A DNA stretch of 64,000 nucleotides. Source: the human T2T-CHM13v2.0 reference genome, Homo sapiens. The position numbers and the translations under genes are program-made. The notes under the pieces were generated by a model. The model was not told where the DNA came from, ran no database searches, and saw only the letters and a program-made list of their open reading frames with translations. The stretch lies in the NCBI RefSeq assembly GCF_009914755.1, contig NC_060926.1; one strand, 5' to 3'. Of this stretch, positions 58,448 to 64,000 are shown piece by piece; positions within the stretch are counted from its first letter, which is position 1, and each line of letters starts with the position of its first letter.

Positions 58448-59089
58448 TCAAAAAAAAAAAAAAAGAATCAGGAATCTAGTTATTTTTAAAATCTAATGGT
58501 CAATCTATTAGACTGTCCTCCTCAGGCTCGCTTTCTTGTGTAGATAGCCTTGGCAGTTTTAGACTCCAGTCATGTTGGACAGATCGTCTGGGAGAAGAGG
58601 GACCATCTGTTCCTTATGTCCCTTTTCCCTTTCAGCTTTTTATTTTGAAAAGTTTCATACCTACTGATACTCTGGAAAAATTGTGCAATTGAACATATAC
58701 CCTTCATGTAGATTTTCTCATTATTACCATTTTATTACATTTGCTCACTCACATTCTTTATGTGATTTTTTTTTTTGCTAGACCATTTGAAAATTTGAAA
58801 AGTAAGCTACAGATGTTTTGACACTTCATCTCTAAATACTTTAGCATGTACCTCTTCAAAACAAGAACATTGTCTTACATAAGCACAGTATCATTACATG
58901 CAAGAAGTTTAATATTAGTAAATAACATATACTTTATAATCTTTATTCAAGCTTCCTCAACTTTTTTGCATTTTGGCAAGTGGTGGTTCTGGTAAGATGT
59001 CTAGAGTTCAATTCAGGATCATGCATTGAATTTAATTGCCTTGTCTCTTTATATTCCTTAATCTAGAACAGATCCAGTCGTTACATTGA

Positions 59090-59293
<204 letters not shown>

Positions 59294-60052
59294 TAGCTAA
59301 TTTTTGTAATTTTTAGTAGATAATGGGATTTCACTATGTGTTGGCCAGGTTGGTGTCGAACTCCTGACCACAGCTGATCTGCCCGCCTTGGTGGTAATGT
59401 CTTTCTCAATTCATCCAGTAGGAGCTGCTTAATGTCCTTTTGTTCTATTTTTGGAGATAATAAATTTGAGCTTTTTGGTAGGATATAGCCTGCCATATTT
59501 CTTCATTGAAAGTACTCTTCCCCTTTGTAATTAATAAATAATAATGAGGTCCAAATCCTGTGATAAAGCCAAGGATGTATAAGCACAGAAGCTTTTGCTT
59601 TGGTGATTGCAGACGTTTATTTTTGCTTTAATGAATACAACTGTTTTTGAAAATAGTTTTTGTAGAGTGTTTGTTTTTGTATTTTGAGGTGGGGTCTCAT
59701 TCTGCCACCCAGGCTGGGATGCATTTCTGCTCATTGCAACCTCCACTTCTGGGCTCAAGCAATCCTCCCACCTCAGCCTCCTGAGTAGCTGGGACTACAG
59801 GGGTGTGCCACCACGCCTGGCTAATTTTTTGGGAAAAAAAAATTTTTTTTTTCATTTTTTGTAGAGATGGGGTGTACACCATGTTGCCCAGGGTGGTCTC
59901 AAACTCCTGAGCTCAAGTGAACTGCCTGCTTTGGCCTCCCAAAATGCTGGGGTTACAGTGCTGGGAGCCACTGTGCACAGCCTGAAAATAGTTTTTAAAT
60001 AAGTAAAAATGAACAAATTATTCAACAGATGAACAAATATTTCAACAAATTA

Positions 60053-60442
<390 letters not shown>

Positions 60443-60589
60443 CAGCCATTAGGCATTCTCAGTTTTTCATTGTGCCCATAGTGAGTATTCAGTGTGTTTG
60501 TTGACTGACCAAACAGCAGTGCTTGTTAAAAACATGACTCTAAGAAGAAAGAAAAAAAGAAAAAGAAAAAAAAAACATGACCCAGGTAG

Positions 60590-63266
<2,677 letters not shown>

Positions 63267-64000
63267 CTTGCAGCAGAATTTGCTGGGGGGGTGATATATG
63301 TTCATCAAGTAAACAGAAACATCAAACCAGAGTAGTTCTCTAGTTAGTAAAATGAGAATAAACAGGTTATTAATTAATCTATTTCAGAGGATGGTCAGGT
63401 GGCCTAGAGAATGCTGTCCTGGGGAAATGACATTTATACTGCTACATGAGATATGATTAGAAGTTAGGTAGAAGAACATCATTCCAGGCAGAGGAAGTGG
63501 GCACAAAAAGGTCCTTAGTAAAGGAGCTTTTTGAGTTCAAAGAACTGAAAGATGATGTGTGTTGCAAATGTGACTTGTGAGGCTAGCAGAAGCAATAGAT
63601 GTTGAAGAGGTGGGTTTGAGCCAGATTGTGCAGAGCCTGGTAGTCCATGCTAAGGATTCGAATTCCATGGAAGGTTTGAGCAGGGATGTGACATGGTTAG
63701 ATTCAATTTTTAAAAGATGGTTGGCCCAGAAAATGTGGAAAATGGATTGGAGTTGGAATTTTCTAATTAAAGACTTATCAAAGATGTGTTTAAACTCTTA
63801 CTGTATATTATTTAATCTTTAAGGATTATGAGCGATTATATGTGAAAATACCTGTCAGTGACTGTGACAGTGAGCCTTTAATTTTTTTTTTGAGGTGATC
63901 TTTTTAGTGCCAAATACATCAGACAATCCTGAGCCAAGAGACAGAGTTCTGATCACAGTTAATTTGGTTTGTGAGCTTGAGCAAGTCATTTAAACTCTGA

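Overview
Primate, almost certainly human, genomic DNA around the 5' end of RAB10. The locus assignment (chr2p23) comes from recall and cannot be seen in the sequence. The only host protein-coding exon is RAB10 exon 1 (CDS 29925-30051, GT donor at 30052), which lies in a CpG-island promoter. Everything to its right is intron 1, and no exon 2 is present in the window. About 5.5 kb upstream, on the opposite strand, is a TRMT112 processed retrocopy whose reading frame is still open despite a +30-nt repeat expansion. Intron 1 contains a decayed U6 snRNA retrocopy next to an L1MB fragment, and a fossil hAT-Blackjack-type transposase. The window is very Alu-dense (about 100 copies or fragments by eye count) and also holds old L1, L2, MIR, MaLR/ERV LTRs and MER DNA transposons. 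Almost all ORFs in the supplied track are Alu or low-complexity artefacts. I found no convincing new multi-gene system. The most unusual items are small rearrangements and regulatory details: a 54-bp unique-sequence inverted duplication inside a scrambled Alu junction, the open TRMT112 retro-ORF, a tandem duplication of an Alu tail plus target-site duplication (TSD) next to the promoter, and a start-stop uORF in the RAB10 leader.
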